25,720 nucleotides of DNA from an uncultured Bacilli bacterium (GCA_947631885.1 CANRMZ010000001.1:1-25720), one strand, 5' to 3'. Shown: positions 15,619 through 24,860, numbered from the stretch's first letter. Made by a program: numbers and translations. Notes: generated by a model from the sequence alone, not told the origin.

Positions 15619-16011
15619 TTATAATTCTATATAATTGTTTTTTCTTAAACTAGCCATCTTCCTTGCAACCTCTCTCACATTTTCACACAAGCCATTTTCC
15701 CAAGCATGTTTTATATTGTCTTTACAAGAACACCACTCTAAATTATACCAATGATTATCATCTTTATTTCCATTAACATGATTCACTTGAGGCAAATGAT
15801 TTGGATTAGGTATAAATGCTTGTGCTACTAATCTGTGAATTTTGTATGAATGTCTAATGCCATTTTTTGACAATATAACAATGTGATACCCCTTTGGATT
15901 ACGACCGTGTTTCATATTCTTCCAATTTAAATGGACACTTTTAATATTTCCATAATTTGAAACTTTATATAAACCCTCAAAACCAGAAATATCTTTCCAT
16001 TTTTCTAACAT
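15619..16011 (-). CDS. NUMOD4/HNH homing endonuclease
   Basis: EKWKDISGFEGLYKVSNYG; HRLVAQAFIPNP...VNHVNGNKDDN...NLEWCS...N..HA. Confidence 0.9.
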   Translation of the reverse strand: MLEKWKDISGFEGLYKVSNYGNIKSVHLNWKNMKHGRNPKGYHIVILSKNGIRHSYKIHRLVAQAFIPNPNHLPQVNHVNGNKDDNHWYNLEWCSCKDNIKHAWENGLCENVREVARKMASLRKNNYIEL

Positions 16012-16066
16012 TCATACTCCTTATTTATCTCTATTGACAACCAAAGAATATCACCATATAAGCTCC

Positions 16067-16423
16067 CTATTCACTCTCTTTTTTATAATTTTCTATTATT
16101 TTTTTCAAATTTCTATAATAAAGCCATATTTTAGAAGTCGAAACGGGTTTTTTATCTTGTAAATAATTTTCTTCTGCTACTTTTTCCACTGCTTTTGTAA
16201 CTGACAACCCGTTATTAATATATTTATACAAACGAAGTTCGATAGATGATCCAAGATGTTCTAGAATGTGTTCATAGTTTGATAAATATTTATGAATTTC
16301 TTCTAATTTTAGTTGAAAAGATGTATTTTGTGTTCTTTCGTATTCCTTTTCATAAAACTGTTTTAATTGTTTTAGCTCTTCAATAGTCCAAACTACATCT
16401 TTCGTTGCTTCATTATTACTCAA
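16067..16423 (-). CDS. Hypothetical protein, possible C-terminal HTH
   Basis: 118 aa; LSVTKAVEKVAE...STSKIWLYYR. Confidence 0.65.
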   Translation of the reverse strand: MSNNEATKDVVWTIEELKQLKQFYEKEYERTQNTSFQLKLEEIHKYLSNYEHILEHLGSSIELRLYKYINNGLSVTKAVEKVAEENYLQDKKPVSTSKIWLYYRNLKKIIENYKKESE

Positions 16424-16775
16424 AAGGTAAATCCGAATCGTTAATCTCTATATCCGAATCTCCTAAAATATCATTCAAATCAATTTCTTCTGTTGAATTA
16501 TCCTCTGCCACATCATCAACAATTTCAAATTCATTAATAAAGATGTACCAATTAGTTTTATTATCTTCATTTTTATAAAAACTTAACCAAGCATCTTTAA
16601 TAAGAATTTTTGTTTTATTGTGAATTTCGACGTCTTTTTTAAATTGGCAATTCATGTACGCATTTTGCCATTCTCCATTTACATCTTTCTTGCCAATACC
16701 AATGGAATAATATCTTTTTCCTTCATATTCATTAGCAAACACCATAGTTGGCTTTTCTTCTATAAACTTTGCCAT
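16416..16775 (-). CDS. Phage-type single-stranded DNA-binding protein
   Basis: KKDVNGEWQNAYMNCQF OB-fold segment and acidic tail ending DSDLPFE; lies in the recombination module. Confidence 0.75.
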   Translation of the reverse strand: MAKFIEEKPTMVFANEYEGKRYYSIGIGKKDVNGEWQNAYMNCQFKKDVEIHNKTKILIKDAWLSFYKNEDNKTNWYIFINEFEIVDDVAEDNSTEEIDLNDILGDSDIEINDSDLPFE

Positions 16776-17271
16776 ATTTCTTTTCTCCTTTATCTATCTT
16801 TTTAATCTCTATTTCTAATCCAAATGTTGTGTTCTTGTTTAGATTCACTTTTCCATTCGCTTTTAACAATTCATAATCTCTTTGTTCCAAGCATACAGCA
16901 TCTGGATATTTTCCGCCCTCTTCTAATAAAATGATTTCTGCTTTTATATGAGGGTTATCATCTTTTAATTCTTCTATTTTTCTTTCAATGCTTGCATAAT
17001 TACGATAAATTTTGTGCTCTCTTTTTCCTTCAATTTCTAATGCAAGTTTTGGTCCACTAAATTTTTCTGTGTAATTCACAATCCGCATTGCTAAATCGTT
17101 GACGTCATTACCGATATATACTAATTCATATTCTGAATCAGGGTTTGCTTTTTGCAATTCTTGTATTTTCTTTTCTGCTAATTTTTTAGAGTTGGAAAAT
17201 ATATTTAAATATTTTCCGTTCCCTATAATGTTAAAATTGTGATGTTCGATAAAAATAGTTGTTTTACTCAT
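16732..17271 (-). CDS. Hypothetical protein
   Basis: 179 aa in the coupled gene string. Confidence 0.65.
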   Translation of the reverse strand: MSKTTIFIEHHNFNIIGNGKYLNIFSNSKKLAEKKIQELQKANPDSEYELVYIGNDVNDLAMRIVNYTEKFSGPKLALEIEGKREHKIYRNYASIERKIEELKDDNPHIKAEIILLEEGGKYPDAVCLEQRDYELLKANGKVNLNKNTTFGLEIEIKKIDKGEKKYGKVYRRKANYGVC

Positions 17272-17272
17272 G

Positions 17273-17908
17273 TTACACCTTTTCTATGTTTTTTGGTTTT
17301 ACATAACCTGGAATACTATCTTCGTTTTTAATTACAATATTATAATCAACATACTGTAAAATATTTGCTATTTGGTAAATCTCTCCAATTTCAAAAGCAT
17401 TAGTATATCCATGACTTAATAAACGAACTTTATCGCCTATTTTAAAATCTTTTTTCTTTGGAAGTTCTATCTTTTTTTTATTTTGATTATGAATACTATC
17501 AATTAATTTAGACATTATTTTATGTGCTTGAGTTTTTGTTAAACCACTGTTCTTTTCGAAAAATGCCCATAATATAGCCATTTCTGGACTATCTGTTTGA
17601 TTTTCTCCTAATTTAACAATGGTTTTCGTATCATCTTCCCAAAATATAACAGTAGTTTCCTTGTTACGAACAATACGTGCGATGTTTGCTAAATATTCTG
17701 GTTTATTAATATCTTCAAACATTTCATCTGTCCAATTATAATCATATTCCACTATACGATATACCCCCTCATCGCGAACTGACTCTATCGTTACCTTTTT
17801 CCCACATAATCTTTCCATATCGTCAGCGAATAGTTGACCGCCATAATACGCACCTACAACTAAATCTTTTCTAACTCTTACTTTATCTCCTACTTTATAT
17901 TTTCCCAT
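17273..17908 (-). CDS. Hypothetical phage protein with two (Y/F)K(V/I)GDKVR small beta-barrel-like modules
   Basis: YKVGDKVRVR at the N-terminus and FKIGDKVRLL near the C-terminus. Confidence 0.7.
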   Translation of the reverse strand: MGKYKVGDKVRVRKDLVVGAYYGGQLFADDMERLCGKKVTIESVRDEGVYRIVEYDYNWTDEMFEDINKPEYLANIARIVRNKETTVIFWEDDTKTIVKLGENQTDSPEMAILWAFFEKNSGLTKTQAHKIMSKLIDSIHNQNKKKIELPKKKDFKIGDKVRLLSHGYTNAFEIGEIYQIANILQYVDYNIVIKNEDSIPGYVKPKNIEKV

Positions 17909-17910
17909 AA

Positions 17911-18798
17911 TTATTTCTCCTCTTCTTCTTTCTCTACAATCTCTTTATAAAAATCGCAAAACTTACAGACACTGCAATATTCCATACATTTACGATTTTC
18001 TCCTTCTCTTTTTTCTATTTCATATGCGCCTTGATAATCTTTTTCTAAATTATTTAAGTGCTTTTGTGCTTCTTCTAAGGTGTCATGTATTTTGCTTGCA
18101 CGTTTATTATCTTTTTTCTTAATAGCATACTTATCGCCTGTATTATATCTTTCTTCTGGTGTACATAAAGGTAAATCTTTATCTGACATTTTTTCTAATT
18201 CGATAATTCTATCAAATCTTGCAAGAATCATTTTTTCTACTTCTTTAGGAGTTCCTAAATTAAAATTTACAACCTTACAAGCAAATTTTGGATAATCCTT
18301 TTCTGTTTGTGCTTTTAATCTGTTCCAATCCTTCAAAATAGCAATAATTCTTCCTTTTTTTCTCCACTTGCCATCTTTTTTATAAGCAAGATATGCTCCC
18401 ATTTGCAATTGTTTTTTCCACTTATCATAATCGCTTTTGAATATTAAAGTGAATGCCTTGCACGTTTTATAATCATCTAAATATGTATCGTCATAGTGGT
18501 CTATTATTCCACTAAGCGTATATCCATTCTCAAATGTATATTCCAAATGGTCTTCAACATGTTCATTTTCTAATAAATCTATATGTTCTAATTCAAAATG
18601 AGTTTTCGTACCTAATAGGGCGAATATTAAATCAGTCACATCTTGCTCTATTTCATCATTATGCCTACGTTTTAACATAATCACTCTATCTGGATCTAAC
18701 AATGATGTTATAGAATATCTTTTATCACGATAAGTATATTCTTTTTCTATTGCTCTTTTTAGCATAGAAGGTAAATGATGTTTATTAGTTATTATCAT
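17911..18798 (-). CDS. PD-(D/E)XK (RecB/Cas4-like) exonuclease
   Basis: GTKTH, LSGIIDHY...DDYKT, QLQMGAYL and C-terminal CMEYCSVCKFC. Confidence 0.82.
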   Translation of the reverse strand: MIITNKHHLPSMLKRAIEKEYTYRDKRYSITSLLDPDRVIMLKRRHNDEIEQDVTDLIFALLGTKTHFELEHIDLLENEHVEDHLEYTFENGYTLSGIIDHYDDTYLDDYKTCKAFTLIFKSDYDKWKKQLQMGAYLAYKKDGKWRKKGRIIAILKDWNRLKAQTEKDYPKFACKVVNFNLGTPKEVEKMILARFDRIIELEKMSDKDLPLCTPEERYNTGDKYAIKKKDNKRASKIHDTLEEAQKHLNNLEKDYQGAYEIEKREGENRKCMEYCSVCKFCDFYKEIVEKEEEEK

Positions 18799-18941
18799 TT
18801 GTTCTCCTCAAGAATATCTATTATTAAAAATATCACAATAAAGACTAATGCTAAGGGAAGTACGATTTCCATAAATGCCACCACGAACAAAGCAATTAAT
18901 ACAATAGCAATCAATACTACTATGCCAACTACTAAATTCAT
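18795..18941 (-). CDS. Hydrophobic peptide, 48 aa (not in the ORF track)
   Basis: MNLVVGIVVLIAIVLIALFVVAFMEIVLPLALVFIVIFLII...; ATGA overlaps at both ends. Confidence 0.55.
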   Translation of the reverse strand: MNLVVGIVVLIAIVLIALFVVAFMEIVLPLALVFIVIFLIIDILEENK

Positions 18942-19057
18942 AAATCCTCTTTAATCATTTTATATAAAGCATACAGTCCAAAACAAGCTGTAGCAATTAT
19001 TGCAATAATCATCAAAATCCCAATAATAATCATCAAAATATCAAAAATTAAGTTCAT
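18938..19057 (-). CDS. Hydrophobic peptide, 39 aa (not in the ORF track)
   Basis: MNLIFDILMIIIGILMIIAIIATACFGLYALYKMIKEDL; TAATG coupling with a GGAG RBS. Confidence 0.55.
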   Translation of the reverse strand: MNLIFDILMIIIGILMIIAIIATACFGLYALYKMIKEDL

Positions 19058-19398
19058 TATTTTGCTCCTATTTCTTCTATTTCATTTATGTTTTGATATT
19101 CACTAAAATAAGGTAGTCTATAGCCTGTAACTTTTATTTTATATTTTTTACCAATTTCTAATTTTGCATAAATATCAGAACTATTAAATTTTCCTTTAAA
19201 TAATAAATCACTAATTTTATAAACCGTGTCATCACAGGATACTAAGTATTCACTATCACTGCTATAATTTTTTACCCATTTGTCTTTTACAGTACATTCA
19301 ATAGTTTGCTCATTCATATATCCAACACAACCTGTACATGATATCAGAATTAGTAATGATAAAGCGACGATGCCAAGTAAACTATATTTTGTTCTCAT
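19057..19398 (-). CDS. Secreted/lipoprotein-like phage protein
   Basis: Signal-like N-terminus ending in Cys; FNSSDIY...GKKY...GYRLPYFS pattern. Confidence 0.7.
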   Translation of the reverse strand: MRTKYSLLGIVALSLLILISCTGCVGYMNEQTIECTVKDKWVKNYSSDSEYLVSCDDTVYKISDLLFKGKFNSSDIYAKLEIGKKYKIKVTGYRLPYFSEYQNINEIEEIGAK

Positions 19399-20087
19399 TA
19401 TTTTCCATTCCCTTCTAATTGTTTAATTAAAGATTGTGCTTTCTCTGTTGTTAATTCTTCTAATTTTGTAACTTTTAATTTATCAAGTAAAGCTTGTCTT
19501 TTATCATCGAATATTCCTCGTAAAAGCAATAATTCACTAATTTTATCAACTTGTTCTTTTGTTGCTAATGATGTGACATTAGATTTTTTTGTTGTCTTGC
19601 TTTTAGGATATTCATATACAACATTTCCTTTGGAATCAATGATTGATAAAGATTTAATATTGTTATTTTCATATTCTATGGATTTTACGCTATAACGTTC
19701 TTTTTTTAATTCATCTGCTTTTCCAGATAAGAATATTTGTGGTGATGTATATAATTCTCTACCAATACCCCAATTGACACAAGCCCGTTTAAAGGAATCA
19801 CTTGCTTCGCCTTTTTCAGCTTCTGTATTGCTTTCCTTACCAGCATCCCATTTAGTAACCCATTGTCTAATGTCTTCATTGTATATAGAAACTCCTGCAT
19901 ATAAGTTGCCTTTTAACTCTTTATGATCTCTTTGCCAATTTCCTTTTCCAACAGTTTCGTCAAGAATATCCATATCAACTCTAGCATTCTTATAAAGTAA
20001 TAAAGTTATATACGCATTATTTTTGCCAACCGTTCCAACTCTTACATCGATTTCGTCAGCCTTTAATTTTCTAAAATTAAGATTCAT
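19398..20087 (-). CDS. Rad52/Sak-like single-strand annealing recombinase
   Basis: YKNARVDMDILDETVG..NWQ...KWDAG.ES..EAEKGEASDSFKRACVNWGIGRELY. Confidence 0.85.
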   Translation of the reverse strand: MNLNFRKLKADEIDVRVGTVGKNNAYITLLLYKNARVDMDILDETVGKGNWQRDHKELKGNLYAGVSIYNEDIRQWVTKWDAGKESNTEAEKGEASDSFKRACVNWGIGRELYTSPQIFLSGKADELKKERYSVKSIEYENNNIKSLSIIDSKGNVVYEYPKSKTTKKSNVTSLATKEQVDKISELLLLRGIFDDKRQALLDKLKVTKLEELTTEKAQSLIKQLEGNGK

Positions 20088-20598
20088 TTTTTTCTCCTCT
20101 AACTCTTAATTTACCTTTTTCTATACCGAGCTTTTCTTCTAATTCTTCAACAGTCATTTCTACTGTTTCACTTTCCTGTCTTTCCCATATGGTTTCCAAC
20201 TTAACGGGACGTTCTACTTTGACTATGTCATTTTGACTACATCCATCGCCATCTTTTAAATTATCATCTAAGCCGTATAAACCAACAGTATTGCCAATTA
20301 ATCTGCCATTGTGATACACAGAAATATCTCCTTCTCCATCTGTTACAATATCTCCTTCTTGTAAATAAGCTTTTGTAAAATGGTCATAAACAATGTTTTC
20401 TATATCATCATAATTTAAAAACCAAACATTATCTCCATATTTTCTTTTAACATAAAAGCCATTGGTAAAAATATCTTGTACTTTCACAATTGTTCCCATT
20501 AAATAATCCATTTCTCCAAAGTAATTCCAACCTTCACCACGTCTATTTTTTATTTTAACTTTCATTCCTGGTTTAATATTTTCTTTACTAAATTCCAT
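20077..20598 (-). CDS. Hypothetical phage protein
   Basis: 173 aa; C-terminal EMTVEELEEKLG motif common in phage proteins. Confidence 0.7.
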   Translation of the reverse strand: MEFSKENIKPGMKVKIKNRRGEGWNYFGEMDYLMGTIVKVQDIFTNGFYVKRKYGDNVWFLNYDDIENIVYDHFTKAYLQEGDIVTDGEGDISVYHNGRLIGNTVGLYGLDDNLKDGDGCSQNDIVKVERPVKLETIWERQESETVEMTVEELEEKLGIEKGKLRVRGEKNES

Positions 20599-20600
20599 AA

Positions 20601-20834
20601 TTATTTTGTTCCTTTCATTTTCTTTTTTAAATCTTTTACTTTCGCTTTTTCTTTCTCATAATCACTTTTAAATGATTCTTTTTCAAATTTTTCTAATTCT
20701 AATTGAGATTCTAACTCTTTGATTTTAGTATTTCTCAAATCAATGTCTTCTTCAAGTTCCAAAACTTTTGTATTCAATTCCTTAATTCTTTGTTGTAATT
20801 CGTTTTTGCTTTTAAAAAAATTTCTAATTTTCAT
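20601..20834 (-). CDS. Coiled-coil hypothetical protein
   Basis: 77 aa, heptad-rich. Confidence 0.6.
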   Translation of the reverse strand: MKIRNFFKSKNELQQRIKELNTKVLELEEDIDLRNTKIKELESQLELEKFEKESFKSDYEKEKAKVKDLKKKMKGTK

Positions 20835-21144
20835 ATTTTCTCTCCATCTTTCCTTGTATCACTTCTGATAATTCCACCATCATTCTTGCTCTATTTTCTA
20901 AGTGATTGATTGTTTCCTCACAATCCTCTTTAGAATTTGCAATCCAATATCCCCCATCTCGTCCAGCTATACTTGCAACAATTTCTTTCATATCTGAGTT
21001 GAGTCTTATATTCTCAATAAATTTTCTTAAAGATTTATCGCCAAGTACATTGAACTTTTTTCTTAATTCATAGTTTTTCACACGATTATCTTTGCCAACA
21101 CAATATTTGCATAGATAATCATAAATTTGTTCCTCTTTCGTCAT
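20824..21144 (-). CDS. Winged-helix-like hypothetical protein
   Basis: DKSLRKFIENIR...IASIAGRDGGYWIA wing motif. Confidence 0.65.
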   Translation of the reverse strand: MTKEEQIYDYLCKYCVGKDNRVKNYELRKKFNVLGDKSLRKFIENIRLNSDMKEIVASIAGRDGGYWIANSKEDCEETINHLENRARMMVELSEVIQGKMERKYEN

Positions 21145-21292
21145 CTAAGACTTCTCCTTTCATAAATTCTTCTAACTCTTCCAATGTCATTTCGTCATCT
21201 TCATCTAAGATGGGAAAATAATCGTCTTCGACATATTCGTCCATGTATTCATCAAATTCTTTATCCGTCATGACATTTTCTGGTTCTTCCAT
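21119..21292 (-). CDS. Very acidic 57-aa protein (not in the ORF track)
   Basis: Manual translation MEEPENVMTDKEFDEYMDEYVEDDYFPILDEDDEMTLEELEEFMKGEVLDDERGTNL; fills the gap after dnaB. Confidence 0.6.
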   Translation of the reverse strand: MEEPENVMTDKEFDEYMDEYVEDDYFPILDEDDEMTLEELEEFMKGEVLDDERGTNL

Positions 21293-21298
21293 TTTTCT

Positions 21299-22543
21299 TT
21301 AATTCACTTCCTCAAATACTTGCTTTTCCTTGTGATAGATACAAGTAACATTTCCAAGTATGCCATCTCTATTTTTTACAATTTCCAAATTCATTTTTGG
21401 ACTTTTTGTTTCAGGATTTACTTCCTTATCCCTCTTATCACGATATAAAAGAATAACTTTACTACTACTGTTTTCTAACTCCCCACTATCTTTTAACATC
21501 GATAAGCTAAGTTCTTCAGCATTATAAGAAGCTCTATTCAACTGACATGCTGATATAATCGTACAATCAAAGTCTAAACATAATTGTCTAAGTTGTTTTG
21601 CTATTTCTGTCATTTGTTCATATTGCGATTTTCCTGTACTACATCGTATAAGTCCGATATGGTCTAAAAACACAATAGTATGTTTTTCATCATTCTTAGT
21701 TGATTGCAATACTTTTTTGATTTCTTCAATGTCCGTTGCTTTATGCTCTACGACAATACGATTCTTAACAATCTCTGCAATAGCTTTATTTACATTTTCG
21801 GTAATGTATTCTTTATCGTAATACTCTCTCCCACTCGGTTCAATTTGTTCTAAAGGAATACCACTTTTAATAGATAAAATTCTTTTATAAATTGTTGTCT
21901 TACTCATTTCCATATTGAAATAAATGCACTGATAATTTTCCATCAAGTCATTCATAAAATTTAGAAGCAAGCCACTTTTCCCAACTCCAGTAGATGCTCC
22001 AATCATTAAGAAATCTCCTTGTACAAGATGCAATAAATCATCTAAATGTTTGAAAGATTTTAAATGAATACTTTTTTCTTTCGAAGATATGTTTTCTTCA
22101 ATTTCTTCTTTTGTTAATGGTAAGGTTTCGGTTTTAATTTTGATTTCTTTGATTTTAGCCATTTTTTTAAGATAATCATCCATCATTATTGTTCCAGCAT
22201 TTAATTTTTTTGTTAAGTCATTAATAACAACTTTTTTATAAGAGTCTAAAATTAAACATTGATAATTCATAAAATGTTGTCTTATTTGTGTGACTGGTAA
22301 ATACTCGTCATCTATAATGTCACATATTGTATCAATAGTAACATCTTTGTTGTAATTAGACAGCTTTCCTAGAGTAATAGTCTTGTCATTCTCATAACTT
22401 TTAATGAATGAATCTAATATGTGCTGATGTAATTGTTTTTGAAGATAAAATGGTTTTATTTGCAATATGTCAAAGCATACATCTTGATAGTTAAATAATA
22501 AACCTAATAAGATTTTTTCATTCTCTATTTCCTGTTGTGTCAT
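21299..22543 (-). CDS. dnaB: DnaB-like replicative helicase
   Basis: GASTGVGKS (Walker A), FLDHIGL, QLNR, LKDSGELE, IVKNRDG. Confidence 0.93.
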   Translation of the reverse strand: MTQQEIENEKILLGLLFNYQDVCFDILQIKPFYLQKQLHQHILDSFIKSYENDKTITLGKLSNYNKDVTIDTICDIIDDEYLPVTQIRQHFMNYQCLILDSYKKVVINDLTKKLNAGTIMMDDYLKKMAKIKEIKIKTETLPLTKEEIEENISSKEKSIHLKSFKHLDDLLHLVQGDFLMIGASTGVGKSGLLLNFMNDLMENYQCIYFNMEMSKTTIYKRILSIKSGIPLEQIEPSGREYYDKEYITENVNKAIAEIVKNRIVVEHKATDIEEIKKVLQSTKNDEKHTIVFLDHIGLIRCSTGKSQYEQMTEIAKQLRQLCLDFDCTIISACQLNRASYNAEELSLSMLKDSGELENSSSKVILLYRDKRDKEVNPETKSPKMNLEIVKNRDGILGNVTCIYHKEKQVFEEVN

Positions 22544-23270
22544 TTTCTTCTACTTTTCTAATATAGAATCTCTTACCGTCTGCTCTATAACCCCATAATA
22601 TACCACCATCAATTCCATATTTTACATATCCATTTTCATCTTCTTGAAGAGTTTCTGATTTTACTTCTTTTTGATTAGCAAAGTTTCTTCTGTTCCAATT
22701 TCTTAGTGTTGCTTTCCAATCTTTCATTTTTGATTTACTAACAACCCAACCATTTGACTCATAATAATCATAGAAATAATCACAATCAACTTTTAAAGAA
22801 TTTTCTTCACAATATTTTTTTAGTTCTTCTATTGTTGGTTTGGAAAACTTTTTTTGGTTTTGGTCACTATATATATTCTCTCTTGTATTATTATCTTTTA
22901 TATTATTCTCTTTGACTTTTTTATCAATAGGGGCTTGATTATTTTCACAAGGGGGGATTGACGTTTCAATCAATACGGTATTGATTTTTTCGACAATAGG
23001 TATTATTACTCTTTTATCAATGCTGTTATCTTCATTTTGAGTAATATTGCTTTCAATATATCCAAGTTTTTTTAAATGATTTATCCATCTGGAAATAGTC
23101 TCAATTTTAACATCATATAAATTTGCAAAATATCTATTTGTTGCATAACAATATCCGTTCTTTTGACTAAGTGCCATAATTTCTCCAAAAAGCAATTTTT
23201 CATTTGGTTTTAATCTTGTATCATACCTAACATTTGCTGGAATGATTGCATAGTAATTTGGCTCTTTCAT
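22518..23270 (-). CDS. Phage replication initiator protein (N-terminal wHTH)
   Basis: NYYAIIPANVRYD...GYCYATNRYFA; C-terminal FSKPTIEEL...FYDYYESNGW...MKDWKAT. Confidence 0.88.
   Translation of the reverse strand: MKEPNYYAIIPANVRYDTRLKPNEKLLFGEIMALSQKNGYCYATNRYFANLYDVKIETISRWINHLKKLGYIESNITQNEDNSIDKRVIIPIVEKINTVLIETSIPPCENNQAPIDKKVKENNIKDNNTRENIYSDQNQKKFSKPTIEELKKYCEENSLKVDCDYFYDYYESNGWVVSKSKMKDWKATLRNWNRRNFANQKEVKSETLQEDENGYVKYGIDGGILWGYRADGKRFYIRKVEENDTTGNRE
22912..23000 (-). repeat. Four ~21-bp iterons in the initiator gene (putative phage ori)
   Basis: CCTATTGTCGAAAAAATCAAT, CCGTATTGATTGAAACGTCAAT, CCCTTGTGAAAATAATCAAG, CCTATTGATAAAAAAGTCAAAG, followed by an AT-rich tract. Confidence 0.7.
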
Positions 23271-23415
23271 ATTTTCCGTATTTCTACCTTTCTACAACTA
23301 AAATTTGTCTTTTGTCTGCATCGCATAAAATATCATATCTGAAATAAATTAATTCTAATCTTCTTATGCTTCCAATGATTGCATCATATGGTATCGTTTT
23401 AATAACTTTCATAAA

Positions 23416-23661
23416 TCACCTTAAATTTACTTGAACTTCAACTGTACCTTTTAAATTATAAATATCACACAATTTATCAAAATATTTTTTCTTGATTCTC
23501 ACCTTGCCAAGTTCCCACAAATCTAATGATTGTTTAGTTACGCCTATTTTCTTCGCCACTTGTGATAAACTTTTTCTTGACGATAATCTTGCTTGTGATA
23601 ATTTTTTACCTAATTCTTGGTAGTAAATGAAGTCAATATTGAGATGTTCGCCGTTGTTCAT
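23416..23661 (-). CDS. Cro-like XRE HTH regulator
   Basis: LSQARLSSRKSLSQVAKKIGVTKQSLDLWELG; first gene of the early leftward operon. Confidence 0.8.
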   Translation of the reverse strand: MNNGEHLNIDFIYYQELGKKLSQARLSSRKSLSQVAKKIGVTKQSLDLWELGKVRIKKKYFDKLCDIYNLKGTVEVQVNLR

Positions 23662-23706
23662 TTTTACCCCTTTCTATTCATATTTAAGGGTATATAAAAA
23701 CCCGAT

Positions 23707-23736
23707 TTGACAAATCAGGCTCTGTAATGCTATAAT
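23707..23736 (+). promoter_or_regulatory. Consensus sigmaA promoter, rightward
   Basis: TTGACA-18 nt-TATAAT with TG at the extended position. Confidence 0.7.
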
Positions 23737-23807
23737 TTTATTGCTACAAAAGATTATTTTGTAGTAGTTAAAATTCTTTCATTTATTCCTTTTAGGAAAG
23801 GAAAATA

Positions 23808-23918
23808 ATGTCAAAGCTTTTTGACTTTTTGGAGAAAATACTTCATGGCTTTAATATTCATATTAGAGATATTTTTATTAAAGTGTCTTTAATTAATATT
23901 AATATTACCAAGAGGTAA
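23808..23918 (+). CDS. 36-aa small ORF in the immunity region
   Basis: RBS AGGAAAGGA; MSKLFDFLEKILHGFNIHIRDIFIKVSLININITKR; has its own promoter and terminator. Confidence 0.5.
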   Translation: MSKLFDFLEKILHGFNIHIRDIFIKVSLININITKR

Positions 23919-23974
23919 TCTCCTGTTTACTTCATTCTACAGAGTCGATTGTCTTTGTAGAGAGATTGTCTTAG

Positions 23975-24017
23975 GAATATCAAAGTCGGTCAAAACTTAT
24001 TGATATTCTTTTTTTTT
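23975..24017 (+). terminator. Intrinsic terminator
   Basis: GAATATCAA...TTGATATTC stem followed by a long T run. Confidence 0.7.
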
Positions 24018-24033
24018 GCCTCTCTGCATTATA

Positions 24034-24062
24034 AATATATCTTATTTTTTTGTAATTGTCAA
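24034..24062 (-). promoter_or_regulatory. Leftward early (lytic) promoter candidate
   Basis: Minus-strand TTGACA-17 nt-TATATT. Confidence 0.6.
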
Positions 24063-24142
24063 TATTTATTTTTCATTTTTTTACAAGTGTTTTATTTTTA
24101 AAAATTTTGTGTTAAAATTATTGTAATCAAAGGAGAATTTTT

Positions 24143-24451
24143 ATGTTTGGATATAAATTAAAATATTTAAGAGAACAAGACGGATTAAGTCAATCTCAAT
24201 TAGCAAAGAACCTTAATGTTCAAACAAGCACTATATCAAATTGGGAAAATAATCGTGGTGAACCTACTTTTGATAAATTAAAAGAAATTGCTGATTACTT
24301 TACTGTGAGCATTGACTATTTATTAGATTATACAGATGATAATGAAAAAGAAATTGAAGAAATGAAACAAATGATAAAAAATGTTAAAAAAAGTGATCTA
24401 AAAAAAGCATTAAAAATTATAGAAATGCTTAAAAGCAAAGAAGATGAATGA
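24143..24451 (+). CDS. CI-like XRE repressor
   Basis: LKYLREQDGLSQSQLAKNLNVQTSTISNWENNRGEPTFDKLKEIADYFTVSIDYLL; divergent from cro. Confidence 0.9.
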   Translation: MFGYKLKYLREQDGLSQSQLAKNLNVQTSTISNWENNRGEPTFDKLKEIADYFTVSIDYLLDYTDDNEKEIEEMKQMIKNVKKSDLKKALKIIEMLKSKEDE

Positions 24452-24462
24452 TTCATCTTCTT
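24438..24462. terminator. Perfect inverted repeat at the repressor stop (possible bidirectional terminator)
   Basis: AAGAAGATGAAT-G-ATTCATCTTCTT. Confidence 0.55.
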
Positions 24463-24746
24463 ATTTATTTTCTTTCACTAAAGTATTCTAAAACCGTAAA
24501 AAAAATTTTACGCATATCATATTTTTTTGTTATATAACACAAGTATTTAATTTCATCATCTGTCATAGCTACTTCCCTTTCTAATCACCGCTACCATCTC
24601 ATTGAATTAATTTTACCATAATTTTCCAAAATAGTAAACATTTGTTCGAGATATGTGATATTTTTTTGTAAAAAGGAAAATAATAGATGGAGCCTAATAC
24701 CAGTTCGTATAACCCCCTGTTTCTGGTCTTATTCGTGGTCTTGTTT

Positions 24747-24852
24747 TCGTCAATAATTGCTATTTTTTTATGAAAATTTTTTCTTGACGATGTAGTACAA
24801 AATGCTTGATTTCAAGTAATTTATAAATATTTAGAAAGTTTTTCTTGACGAT
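24747..24852. repeat. Integrase arm-type-like repeats
   Basis: TTTTTCTTGACGAT exact at 24778 and 24839; inverted near-copy TCGTCAATAA at 24747. Confidence 0.6.
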
Positions 24853-24860
24853 ATGTTGTC

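Noticed and set aside
16034-16062. Plus-strand TTGACA-17 nt-TATAAG promoter-like motif
   Set aside because: It lacks the most conserved final T of the -10, points antisense into a gene, and such matches are common at this AT content.
15012-19900. ORFs 15012..15212, 15345..15536, 16620..16805, 18080..18295, 19706..19900
   Set aside because: Antisense or alternative-frame shadows; 15345..15536 is simply the reverse strand of the tRNA cluster.
23284-23412. 42-aa minus-strand ORF between cro and the initiator
   Set aside because: Plausibly real (RBS AAGGTG) but has no recognisable features; not supported enough to annotate.
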